Below are positions 56,122-64,000 of a DNA stretch of 64,000 nucleotides, in pieces; position 1 is the stretch's first letter, and the number at the start of each line of letters is the position of its first letter. The notes under the pieces were generated by a model, which had not been told where the DNA came from, did no database searches, and saw only the letters and a list, made by a program, of their open reading frames with translations. Made by a program: the position numbers and the translations under genes. Source of the stretch: Gloeobacterales cyanobacterium. Lineage in GTDB: Bacteria; Cyanobacteriota; Cyanobacteriia; Gloeobacterales; PMM-0068. The stretch spans positions 32,001-96,000 of the forward strand of contig JBBRSB010000009.1 in NCBI GenBank assembly GCA_038245785.1, written 5' to 3'.

Positions 56122-57168
56122 TCAAATGAGCCCCAGATTAGATAAACGATCGATAGTTGCTTGCTGTGTTTGGAGGAAGTGTTTGCGGTCTACTTCTTTG
56201 TCCAGCATAGTGTTGGCTGGATAAAAATGCGACTGGCTGTAGCTTTCTGCATAGAGCTCAAAACGCTGGCGAGCAAGTAAATTATTCAACCCTGGTCGAC
56301 GGCGGTAGCGGCGTAGAGCAGCCAAGTCAATTTCTGCAAATGCTGCCATACTCTCGCCTGTAGCGGTCTCTGCTAAAACGAGTCCGCGATAGTCAATAAT
56401 TTTAGAGCCACCATCGGCAGAAGCAATGGGGATGGGGATATTGGTAATGCCTGCTGTATTTGCTGAAACTAGGTATCCCATATTTTCCGCTGCACGGGCA
56501 ATCTTGGCCGCTTCTTTAGGCGAGCGCTCTTTGCCATACACTTCTGAGGTGGAGTGCAAGAAAATTTCTGCACCGCGCATGGCCAGACAGCGTGCGACTT
56601 CTGGATACAAAATCTCTTCTGAGGCTAGAGCTGCCAAATTTCCGATTGCCGTCTTGGCAACGGGGAAAACACCCTCTAAGCCGTAGCAGTCCAAATACTG
56701 AGCCCAGACATCATGAGGGGTTGGGGCAAACATAGAATTTAATCGTCGATAGCGCAACACAACCGAGCCACTAGGGTCGATGACGAAGCAGGTTTGAAAG
56801 TACAATCCTGGAAAGTTAGGGTCGAGTTCGTAGGCGTTGCCGGCTAGAAAGATACTGTGTTTTTGGGCAATTTTGCCGAGTGATTCATACTCAGTACCCG
56901 CCATTTCCAAACAAGCTTTTTCCGCCCAGCCAGTTAGTGATTCGCCTAGGGGAAAGCCCGTAAGGAAATATTCTGGCAGTACGATTAAGCGGCAGTCAGA
57001 GCCAATAAAAGCAATACTGGCAGCAATTTGTTGGGCCAAGCGGTCGATCGTTTTTTGCATCCAAGAACGGGCTTCGGCGCGATCGCGGGCCTGATTTACG
57101 GCATTACAGGTTACCTGGAGTGCTAAGGCCCGGAATGAGTCGATGGTATTAGCTTCCATAGCGTTCAC
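56122..57168 (-). CDS. Nitrilase / carbon-nitrogen hydrolase superfamily protein, non-canonical triad
   Basis: IVLPEYF, YFQTCFVIDPSG..LRYRR, LASEEILYPEVAR.LAMRGAEI, ARAAEN..Y.VSAN, GGSKIIDYRG.VLAE. Confidence 0.88.
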   Translation of the reverse strand: MNAMEANTIDSFRALALQVTCNAVNQARDRAEARSWMQKTIDRLAQQIAASIAFIGSDCRLIVLPEYFLTGFPLGESLTGWAEKACLEMAGTEYESLGKIAQKHSIFLAGNAYELDPNFPGLYFQTCFVIDPSGSVVLRYRRLNSMFAPTPHDVWAQYLDCYGLEGVFPVAKTAIGNLAALASEEILYPEVARCLAMRGAEIFLHSTSEVYGKERSPKEAAKIARAAENMGYLVSANTAGITNIPIPIASADGGSKIIDYRGLVLAETATGESMAAFAEIDLAALRRYRRRPGLNNLLARQRFELYAESYSQSHFYPANTMLDKEVDRKHFLQTQQATIDRLSNLGLI

Positions 57169-57243
57169 GGGGAGAACTCAGTATGCTTACCTTATGATAA
57201 ATCTGATTACCGAACGAGAAAGCACTTTTTACCCATTTATCTT

Positions 57244-58269
57244 ATGACCCAGCAACGATTGACTTCGATTGAAGGTATCTACGAGGTATGTATTGGCGTT
57301 CAAGAACCAATCTCTGCCATTCAATATTGGGAGCAATTTGGCTATCGCATTGATCGCGTGGGTGAATTATCATCCTCCTCAGCCAAGCAATTATATGGGG
57401 TAAATTCTTCTTTACGCTCGATTCGCCTCGCTCACCAAAATGCAGATCATGGTTTGATCCGTTTGATGGTTTGGCAAAACCCGACAAATGAGGGTTTGGG
57501 GATGGGATCGATGAAAGTTAAGGGCAATCGCTGGGCAACAACCCTAACTGCAGATATGTTGAATATTTTAAATCATGTTGAAGAGGCTGCTAAAGCGGGA
57601 TTGTCTATTAAATATACAAATCCACACTGGGAAATTATCTACAACAAGGAGCGGAAAAGCCGTCCTTTCATCGAGCCAGCTATTGGGGTCCGAGAAATGT
57701 TGGTACTGCAACCCTTGGCGAGACAAGTTCTATTTCAACGGTTTGGCTATACACTGCCCTATTATGGACAAATCGACGAAAACGCATCTTTTAAAACTAG
57801 CCAATTTACGCACATGGGCCTGGTAATTCAGGATGATAGTAAAGAAATGCTCAAGTTTTATGAAGAAGTTTTGGGCTTACTGCGGGTGCGAGACGATGTT
57901 GAAACTAGCTATGAATCCTCACTAGCAGGTCGAGAAATTTTCGATCTAAAACCTGGTGAAAAGTTTTTCGTTACTGCCTTTGATAATCCGCAATCATCAC
58001 AAACAGAACTGTTTTCAGCACGTTCTGGCAGACTCTACATCATCAAATTTCCCGATTCTCTAAAGCTAGAATCGCAGTTTGAACAGGCGCAACCTGGCTG
58101 CTTAGGAATGTGTTTGTATACCTACCGCGTGCAAGGACTTGAAGTATATTGTAAGCGCATTAAAGCAACTCAGGCGAAAAATATTACTGATATAGTCAGC
58201 AATGAGTTTGGGGAAAAGAGTTTTTCCTTTATTGCACCAGATGGTTATTTTTGGACTTTAGTCGCATAA
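57244..58269 (+). CDS. VOC (glyoxalase-like) superfamily protein
   Basis: EVCIGV, THMGLVI..LKFYEEVLGL, NEFGEKSFSFIAPDGYFW. Confidence 0.75.
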   Translation: MTQQRLTSIEGIYEVCIGVQEPISAIQYWEQFGYRIDRVGELSSSSAKQLYGVNSSLRSIRLAHQNADHGLIRLMVWQNPTNEGLGMGSMKVKGNRWATTLTADMLNILNHVEEAAKAGLSIKYTNPHWEIIYNKERKSRPFIEPAIGVREMLVLQPLARQVLFQRFGYTLPYYGQIDENASFKTSQFTHMGLVIQDDSKEMLKFYEEVLGLLRVRDDVETSYESSLAGREIFDLKPGEKFFVTAFDNPQSSQTELFSARSGRLYIIKFPDSLKLESQFEQAQPGCLGMCLYTYRVQGLEVYCKRIKATQAKNITDIVSNEFGEKSFSFIAPDGYFWTLVA

Positions 58270-58316
58270 AGTCAAAAGCGTAGATTGAACGCACTATCTT
58301 GCAAACTCTTGATCTC

Positions 58317-59147
58317 TTATCTTCCGAAAGACGCATCTTCTTCTGCTATGGGAAGGGGGAAAGTCTCCCCAGCTAAATAAGCATCAAAGTGCTTTTGAAA
58401 ATACACCCATGAGGTAATATCTTCTCCCTCTAATAAAGCTAGGGGAGCATTTTTATATAGAGGCACGCGAGTATTAATTTCATCCTGAAGCAGCTGTGGT
58501 AATTCAGTAACCCCGCTGACTTTAGATCCATAGGCGCTGTAAATTAGTTGACCAGGGCGATCGCCCATTTTCATCCAAGGAACCCAGGGACCAATCCGAT
58601 CCCAGCAAAGCTTTAATTTAGAAACCGAGATAATTTCAGGATTCAACAGTTCTTCAGTCGGAACTGTTATTTTAAACAACTCAGCTGCCTGATAATTTGG
58701 ATTTGAACTGTACTCAGCAAATTTTGGCTCTGTGGCAAGAGGATTAGGGTAATTAGAAAATATATCGAACACAAAAGTTGTATTGTCTTCATCCACATAT
58801 GCGGGAAACTTGCCCTTAAAGCAGCCCTGCACGGGATTATTAGCAATGTGCATCACCGTTAGTGACTCTCCCGTCCATGGATTCTCCCACTTCCGCAAAA
58901 TTTCCCCCGTTTCTGGGTGAAGGTAGTAAGTCAATTCTCTAGAGGTAAAATCCCAACTACCTTCTTCTGTGGGAATACACCGGCTAACACTCACACCTAC
59001 CATCTTAAAAAGGCGATTTCTCTTTTCACCTGGGACAAAAGCATAAATTGAACCTGTCCAGGTCAGGAAGCTGGATTGGTTTTGATCGAGGGATGAGCGT
59101 GTTTTTACCCATTGTTGTGCATCCAAGTCTTGAATTTTGGCAACCAT
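58317..59147 (-). CDS. DUF1838 family protein
   Basis: WTG.IY..VPGE...LF, SRE..YY..PETGEIL..WENPWTGE..V.H.ANNPV, Y.NPL, YQAAELF, W.R..PW.PWMKMGDRPG. Confidence 0.82.
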   Translation of the reverse strand: MVAKIQDLDAQQWVKTRSSLDQNQSSFLTWTGSIYAFVPGEKRNRLFKMVGVSVSRCIPTEEGSWDFTSRELTYYLHPETGEILRKWENPWTGESLTVMHIANNPVQGCFKGKFPAYVDEDNTTFVFDIFSNYPNPLATEPKFAEYSSNPNYQAAELFKITVPTEELLNPEIISVSKLKLCWDRIGPWVPWMKMGDRPGQLIYSAYGSKVSGVTELPQLLQDEINTRVPLYKNAPLALLEGEDITSWVYFQKHFDAYLAGETFPLPIAEEDASFGR

Positions 59148-59279
59148 TGATAGATAAATTCCTTAGTATCTAAATAACTTTATCGGTTAGCCCGACGGGG
59201 TGACAAGTCAGGTCAAAAAGTTTATGCAATTATCGGACGCAACAAAACCCACGCAGAATCTCTAGAGCACAGAACTACC

Positions 59280-59329
59280 CCTCAGTCCTTCGAGATAGCC
59301 TCCAAGGGAGCTATCTCGAAGGACTGAGG
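59280..59329. terminator. Perfect 20-bp inverted repeat just downstream of the peroxidase stop
   Basis: CCTCAGTCCTTCGAGATAGC-N10-GCTATCTCGAAGGACTGAGG. Confidence 0.7.
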
Positions 59330-59336
59330 AGTTGAG

Positions 59337-61469
59337 CTAAGGGGCTTCTAGGAAGTTAGGCAAGGGAGCCCCACCTTTCTTACCTACCACAGGAATCTCG
59401 ATCAGCTGATCAGTTGCTTGGCCCGTTCCATCATTGGTCACCGAGGATGGATCTCCAGGATGTCCAGCAGGAATGAATAACTGTGGGTGATCGAAGGGTT
59501 CTCTTTGATAGCGAACGCGCTCATCGGTCAAACTTACAAGGAATGCAACTAGCGCATCTTTGTCGTCTTCGGTGAGTTCTAGGTTTTTGATATCCGCATC
59601 TAGATTGTTGATGTTTTGCTCGTGGAAATCGCCCCCGCGATTATAGAATTCAACCACCTGGCGCAAAGTAAGTTTGCCTCCATTGTGAAAATAGGGGGCC
59701 GTCAGCTCGATATTGCGCAGACCAGGGACCTTGAAAGCGCCATCCACAGACACTCTTTCCGAGGAGCTAAAGGGCCCTGAAGGGATATTCTCACCCGAAC
59801 GAGCCTTGATAATCGGAGGTGAAAAGGTACCTTCAGCAATTTTCTTTTGCCAGTATCTGGAGAAAGACAGCGGATTGCCAAAGGGGTCCTGGCCGCCTAC
59901 GCCAAGGTCATCTTCCGTTGGCCTGACCCCGATGTTATAGAAGCCGTTATCGTAAACGGCAATGCCACGGTCACCCATAATCATGCGTTCGATTTTCTCG
60001 TTTTCCACGTTTTTAACCGAAGCATTCGTAAACTCTCCACCCCCGTGGCAATTGAGACATTTGGCTTTCCCGGCAAAGAGGTCTTTGCCTTTGAGTTGCT
60101 GGGCCGTCAGAGCATTACTATTTCCCTTCTTCCCTTTACCCTCCTGACTGTCCATGTACTGGTCGAAAGGCGAATCATCGGAAACTAAGGTCGCCTCATA
60201 GGCCTGAATAGCCAGTCCCATGAAGAGAGAGAAGTTATAGTCCATCAGGGTGAACTGGTCTCCAGTTAACTGACCAGCATCGGTTACCCCATCGATGTCT
60301 TTCTTCTTTCCTACACTACTGACAAAGGTCTTGTTTCCACTAGCATCGACATTGATCAAGGTGTCAGATTTCCACCACTCATCTTTGAAGGCTTTCTTAA
60401 CCAGATCCGCATAGTTTGCTTTGAGGCCTGGAGTAGGATACTGACTGGTGGAGCCCAAAACACTGTCATCTTTAGCAACCAGCTGTTTTCCGAGAGGCAC
60501 CAATAAACGCAGCTTTTTAGCTTTCTTTTTAGGGGTTCCTGCTCCTCCAGGATTCACCTTTTGACCTACATCGGGGAAAGTACGCCCCGTTCCTGATTCT
60601 TCAACAGCACTAAGGGGTGGCCCTACGGCTTGTGAAGCCAGAGATGAATTGTTGATGCGAACTCTGACCGCTTCTAATTGTCCCTTCTTCGCTTCTTTGA
60701 GAACCATAGCGTTAGGGTCTCGATCGCCAAAGGGATTTACGCCATTAAATTCGTTTTGAGCGCGCCCATCCCAGAAGTTTCGATAGTTAAACACGGCATT
60801 GATTACATTCGGTGCCTGACGTCCCGTTACTTGGCGAACATTCGTACCATTGATGTTGAAAATGGGATCCTGGACGACAGTGGTGTCATCCTTGGCACTT
60901 CCAGGGATAATATCATTGAATTTAGTAGTAAAAACTCCATGGGAACCTGTTACATCGTTACTATCCGCTAGAACCGCAGAAGAGCGATTATTGGGGTCTG
61001 ATAGTTTGTGAAAGGGATAGTCGGCCTCTGTTAACTGATAGTTGAGCCCTTTGTCTACGGTATCATCAGGGCCTGGATGTAGCTGGTGCTTGGAACGACT
61101 ATCGGTTCCAGCATGGAAGTGACAGGAAGCACAGGACATAGTTCCATCACTGCCAACCTGCATATCCCAAAATAAGGCCTTTCCCAAAGCAATTGCATTC
61201 TTCTCATCTTTTATGAAATCCTTGAGGTTTTCAGGCTGAGGGATTGAGACTGTTTTGAGGGAAGCTAGCGGCTGAGAAGGAGCGGCGGCTCCTGGGTCTA
61301 TCTGCGCCGAAACATAGCGTCCGATGAACGTTGCTCCTGCCAATATGGTGACAATAATCGCGCCCCGTCTTACTGCTTTTGAAAACTCGGCGTTCTCCTG
61401 AATTTCTCCCGACGAACTATCTACAAATCGATTTTGGAATTGCCAATTTTTCGGCCACTTGAATGCCAT
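59337..61469 (-). CDS. Di-heme cytochrome c peroxidase superfamily protein (MauG/BthA-like)
   Basis: LGKALFWD, CASCH, FWDGRA, CLNCH, GAFKVPGLRNIELTAPYFHNG, VVEFYNRGG; N-terminal TM/signal segment. Confidence 0.9.
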   Translation of the reverse strand: MAFKWPKNWQFQNRFVDSSSGEIQENAEFSKAVRRGAIIVTILAGATFIGRYVSAQIDPGAAAPSQPLASLKTVSIPQPENLKDFIKDEKNAIALGKALFWDMQVGSDGTMSCASCHFHAGTDSRSKHQLHPGPDDTVDKGLNYQLTEADYPFHKLSDPNNRSSAVLADSNDVTGSHGVFTTKFNDIIPGSAKDDTTVVQDPIFNINGTNVRQVTGRQAPNVINAVFNYRNFWDGRAQNEFNGVNPFGDRDPNAMVLKEAKKGQLEAVRVRINNSSLASQAVGPPLSAVEESGTGRTFPDVGQKVNPGGAGTPKKKAKKLRLLVPLGKQLVAKDDSVLGSTSQYPTPGLKANYADLVKKAFKDEWWKSDTLINVDASGNKTFVSSVGKKKDIDGVTDAGQLTGDQFTLMDYNFSLFMGLAIQAYEATLVSDDSPFDQYMDSQEGKGKKGNSNALTAQQLKGKDLFAGKAKCLNCHGGGEFTNASVKNVENEKIERMIMGDRGIAVYDNGFYNIGVRPTEDDLGVGGQDPFGNPLSFSRYWQKKIAEGTFSPPIIKARSGENIPSGPFSSSERVSVDGAFKVPGLRNIELTAPYFHNGGKLTLRQVVEFYNRGGDFHEQNINNLDADIKNLELTEDDKDALVAFLVSLTDERVRYQREPFDHPQLFIPAGHPGDPSSVTNDGTGQATDQLIEIPVVGKKGGAPLPNFLEAP

Positions 61470-61935
61470 CTAATAATTCTCCAAACTATTTCTATGAATG
61501 AGAATCTTGTTCCCTATGTTTATGCCCTAGGAAACAGTTAATTGCACAAATTAATTGCTAAGCCTGAATACTTCTGATTTTGAGATTTATCTGTTCAAAT
61601 TTATAAAGTGCGCTCCTAATGCTTAGATTTTGAGCGTAATATACTACGGATATAATCTGTGCATCTATCAGTATTTGCACGCAAAGCTAGTGTACCTTTT
61701 TTGTCTTTTTCTCATCATTCTTAATGATGTTTGGCAGCTTAGATACGCATGAAGGAGTAAATGGTATCAAGGTTAACAGAACAACAGCTCAAGCCCCCCT
61801 AGGTGCAATATTTTCATTAAGTCAATGATGGGAAATCGCTAAATATCTTAACTACTTCTCTGGAGGTTACATAGACTTTTTGAGAAGATTAAAGGTACTA
61901 ACTAGGACTCTTTTCATAACCAGAATTTAACCTGT

Positions 61936-62622
61936 TTATCTATGAGTCAACTGCGCAACAGCCATAGAAGAATTCGAGCTGCGAGAAACAGAATGGGCAT
62001 AGATAGCTAACTGGGACCGATTCCGGAAATTTAGGCGGCTCAGAAGATGGGTGACATGGGTTTTAACGGTTCCTTCTGAAATATAGAGCTGCTGGGCGAT
62101 ATCTCGATTAGTAGAACCATCAGCAATGAGATGCAGTACATCGTGTTCTCGTGGAGTCAGTTGCACTAAGTTTTTCGAAATGTTCCCTGGGCTACTGGTA
62201 TGAGAGTCTTGGACATTGGCGATCAATTTTTCCATCAGCCCTGGGCCTAACTGCGTGTAGCCACTGTGAACCAATCGAATCGCCTGGGCCAACTCTTCCG
62301 AGGGCATGTCTTTGAGCAAATAGCCTTTGGCTCCTGCGCGCATAACTTTGGTGAGGGATTGGTCATCATCAAAGGTGCTCAAGATCAATACCTTAGTCTC
62401 TGGAAACTGTTGGCAAATGAACTGAGTGGCTACGCTACCGTCCATCACGGGCATTCGCATATCCATCAACACTACATCGGGTTGTAAAATTGCTACTTGC
62501 TCAAGGGCTACTTCGCCGTTAGGGGCACTCCCTACTACTGTTAAATCGGCTTCTAGCTCTAGCAGGGCCTTTAGTCCATGTAGAATCAGACTTTGGTCGT
62601 CTACTAAGAGAAGACGAATCAT
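61936..62622 (-). CDS. NarL/LuxR-family response regulator
   Basis: LVDDQ, LMDMRMP, GAKGYLLKD, LTPREHDVL..G.TNRDIA..L.ISEGTVKTHV; GGAGG RBS. Confidence 0.95.
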   Translation of the reverse strand: MIRLLLVDDQSLILHGLKALLELEADLTVVGSAPNGEVALEQVAILQPDVVLMDMRMPVMDGSVATQFICQQFPETKVLILSTFDDDQSLTKVMRAGAKGYLLKDMPSEELAQAIRLVHSGYTQLGPGLMEKLIANVQDSHTSSPGNISKNLVQLTPREHDVLHLIADGSTNRDIAQQLYISEGTVKTHVTHLLSRLNFRNRSQLAIYAHSVSRSSNSSMAVAQLTHR

Positions 62623-62828
62623 GAGAGAACCTCCTATATGGGCATTTCAACATTTCATTTCCTCAAAATAGATAGCCAAATCTAAGATTGAGGTCAGGCA
62701 ATCGCGAGTTGTGTTCTAGATACGCTGCAGGAGACTACATCGATCACTCCAAGAAATAAGCGCTTTATCCGAAATATCTAGCCAAGCAATGTGTTGCTGG
62801 CTTAGAGCTTCATAGGACAGAAAAAAAG

Positions 62829-64000
62829 ATGACGAAACAGCTTTGGACGCGACGGAATTTTGGACGTGTAGCCATGGGCGCTTCCTTAGGTCCTTATATT
62901 TGGGCACAGGGAGCTTTGGCCCAAAACAAACTGGAGAAACAAGACTTAACCATCGGATTTATTCCGATGACAGACTGTGCCCCTCTGGTCATTGCCTCTC
63001 TCAAAGGCTTTTTTAAAAACAACGGCCTCAATGTTCAGTTATCGAAGGAACCCGGCTGGGCGGCCACGCGCGATGGGGTTATTCAAGGCCGTTTAGATGC
63101 TACCCATGCTTTAGCCGGAATGCCGCTTAGTGTTCAACTGGGTTTGGAAGGAACGGCCCCTGCCCCTATGGTGACAGCGGTTTGCCTCAGTCTCAATGGC
63201 AATGCCATCACCTTTTCCAAGCGATTGAGTCAGGCAGGCGTTACAACCGGCCCCGCTCTTAAGCAATATCTGAAGACAGGCAAGACCCTAACCGGTTCTA
63301 TGGTCTTTGCCTCTTCTATGTACAACTACACGCTCCGCTATTGGCTGGCCCATCACGGCATCAATCCAGATAAAGATCTGCGTCTAATTACGCTACTCCC
63401 AGCGCAGCAGTTTACGAACTTACAAGCGGGCAACTTAGATTTCTTCTGTGTCACAGAGCCCTGGAATCAGCGAGCCGTTTACGAAAAGATTGGTTTTACC
63501 GTGATCGCAGACCGGGATATTTGGACAGGGCATAGTGAAAAAGTGCTTGCGGTAATGGAACCTTGGGCTAAGGCCTACCCTAATACCCATAGGGCTTTGG
63601 TTCAGTCACTCATCCAAGCCTGCCAGTACTGTGATGACCCCAAAAACCGTCTGGAGGTGGCCGAGCTGATTGCTGCCAAGCCCTATCTCAATGCCAAGCC
63701 AGAGTACGTGGGTCCTGCCTTGCTGGGGAAATATGACTATGGCGGCTTCGATAGCAGCGGCAACCTCACTAAGAACGTTAAAACGATGGAAGATTTTTTT
63801 GTTTTCTACCGCAACGCAGCCACGCCCTATCTAACGGGAAACAATACGGCGACCTATCCTTGGAAATCTCATGGCATGTGGATTTTGACCCAGATGGCTC
63901 GTTGGGGTCAAATTCCTGAGATCCCCAAAGATGCCGAACAATTGCTCCAACGGGTTTACCGCACCGATGTTTATCGCTCAGCCGCCACAGAGATGGGGAT
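62829..64000 (+). CDS. NrtA/CmpA-family ABC substrate-binding protein (partial, runs off the window)
   Basis: Absent from the ORF track (no stop in window); translated by hand: MTKQLWTRRNFG (Tat motif), IGFIPMTDCAPLVIA, GWAATRD, LNGNAI, LRYWLA, EPWN, IWTGHSEKV. Confidence 0.92.
   Translation, partial: MTKQLWTRRNFGRVAMGASLGPYIWAQGALAQNKLEKQDLTIGFIPMTDCAPLVIASLKGFFKNNGLNVQLSKEPGWAATRDGVIQGRLDATHALAGMPLSVQLGLEGTAPAPMVTAVCLSLNGNAITFSKRLSQAGVTTGPALKQYLKTGKTLTGSMVFASSMYNYTLRYWLAHHGINPDKDLRLITLLPAQQFTNLQAGNLDFFCVTEPWNQRAVYEKIGFTVIADRDIWTGHSEKVLAVMEPWAKAYPNTHRALVQSLIQACQYCDDPKNRLEVAELIAAKPYLNAKPEYVGPALLGKYDYGGFDSSGNLTKNVKTMEDFFVFYRNAATPYLTGNNTATYPWKSHGMWILTQMARWGQIPEIPKDAEQLLQRVYRTDVYRSAATEMG

Noticed and set aside
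46952..59330. Integrase-type genomic island with an att duplication of the tRNA 3' end
   Set aside because: No integrase or transposase in the window and no second copy of the tRNA 3' end found by eye, so the cluster is not called a mobile element
62623..62828. NtcA box upstream of the NrtA-like gene
   Set aside because: No GTA-N8-TAC match found by eye
62716..62907. 63-aa minus-strand ORF
   Set aside because: Overlaps the start of the plus-strand NrtA-family gene; no motifs
1..64000. CRISPR array or cas genes
   Set aside because: No regularly spaced direct repeats or Cas motifs seen; the only repeats noticed are two dispersed copies and isolated hairpins

Overview
Chromosomal window from a cyanobacterium. 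Markers: chlP, rpaB, nblS/hik33, sipA, sigF, cyanobacterial-type pilB with a C-terminal Cys4 tail, a CpcT-like lyase and several cyanobacteria-restricted DUFs. Very few HIP1 octamers (GCGATCGC) seen by eye, plus the S7 sequence, suggest an early-branching lineage such as Gloeobacterales (inference). Bases 1-47,000 are mostly housekeeping genes: the start of the str operon (rpsL-rpsG-fusA), chlP, lpxD, pilB-pilT-pilC, sigF, rpaB, nblS, nusB, fbaA, cysS, trpC, maf, tldD/tldE and tRNA-Val(CAC). Accessory genes are interspersed: toxin-antitoxin modules (several decayed), a GH46 chitosanase and a DUF2808 pair, one with a nonsense codon. Downstream of the tRNA and a MITE lies the most interesting element, a visibly AT-richer 12-gene enzyme cluster (47,858-59,147): SnoaL/NTF2 protein, MDR reductase, AspH-like hydroxylase, cyclic amidohydrolase, DUF849/BKACE, alpha/beta hydrolase, Rid protein, DUF3598-like barrel, aldehyde dehydrogenase, nitrilase-superfamily protein, VOC protein and DUF1838. 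Four of its proteins carry non-canonical catalytic residues, pointing to an uncharacterised pathway, plausibly acting on an N-heterocyclic compound. The window ends with a MauG/BthA-type di-heme peroxidase, an orphan NarL-type regulator and a partial NrtA/CmpA-family binding protein. All family calls are from motif recognition by eye; no database searches were run.
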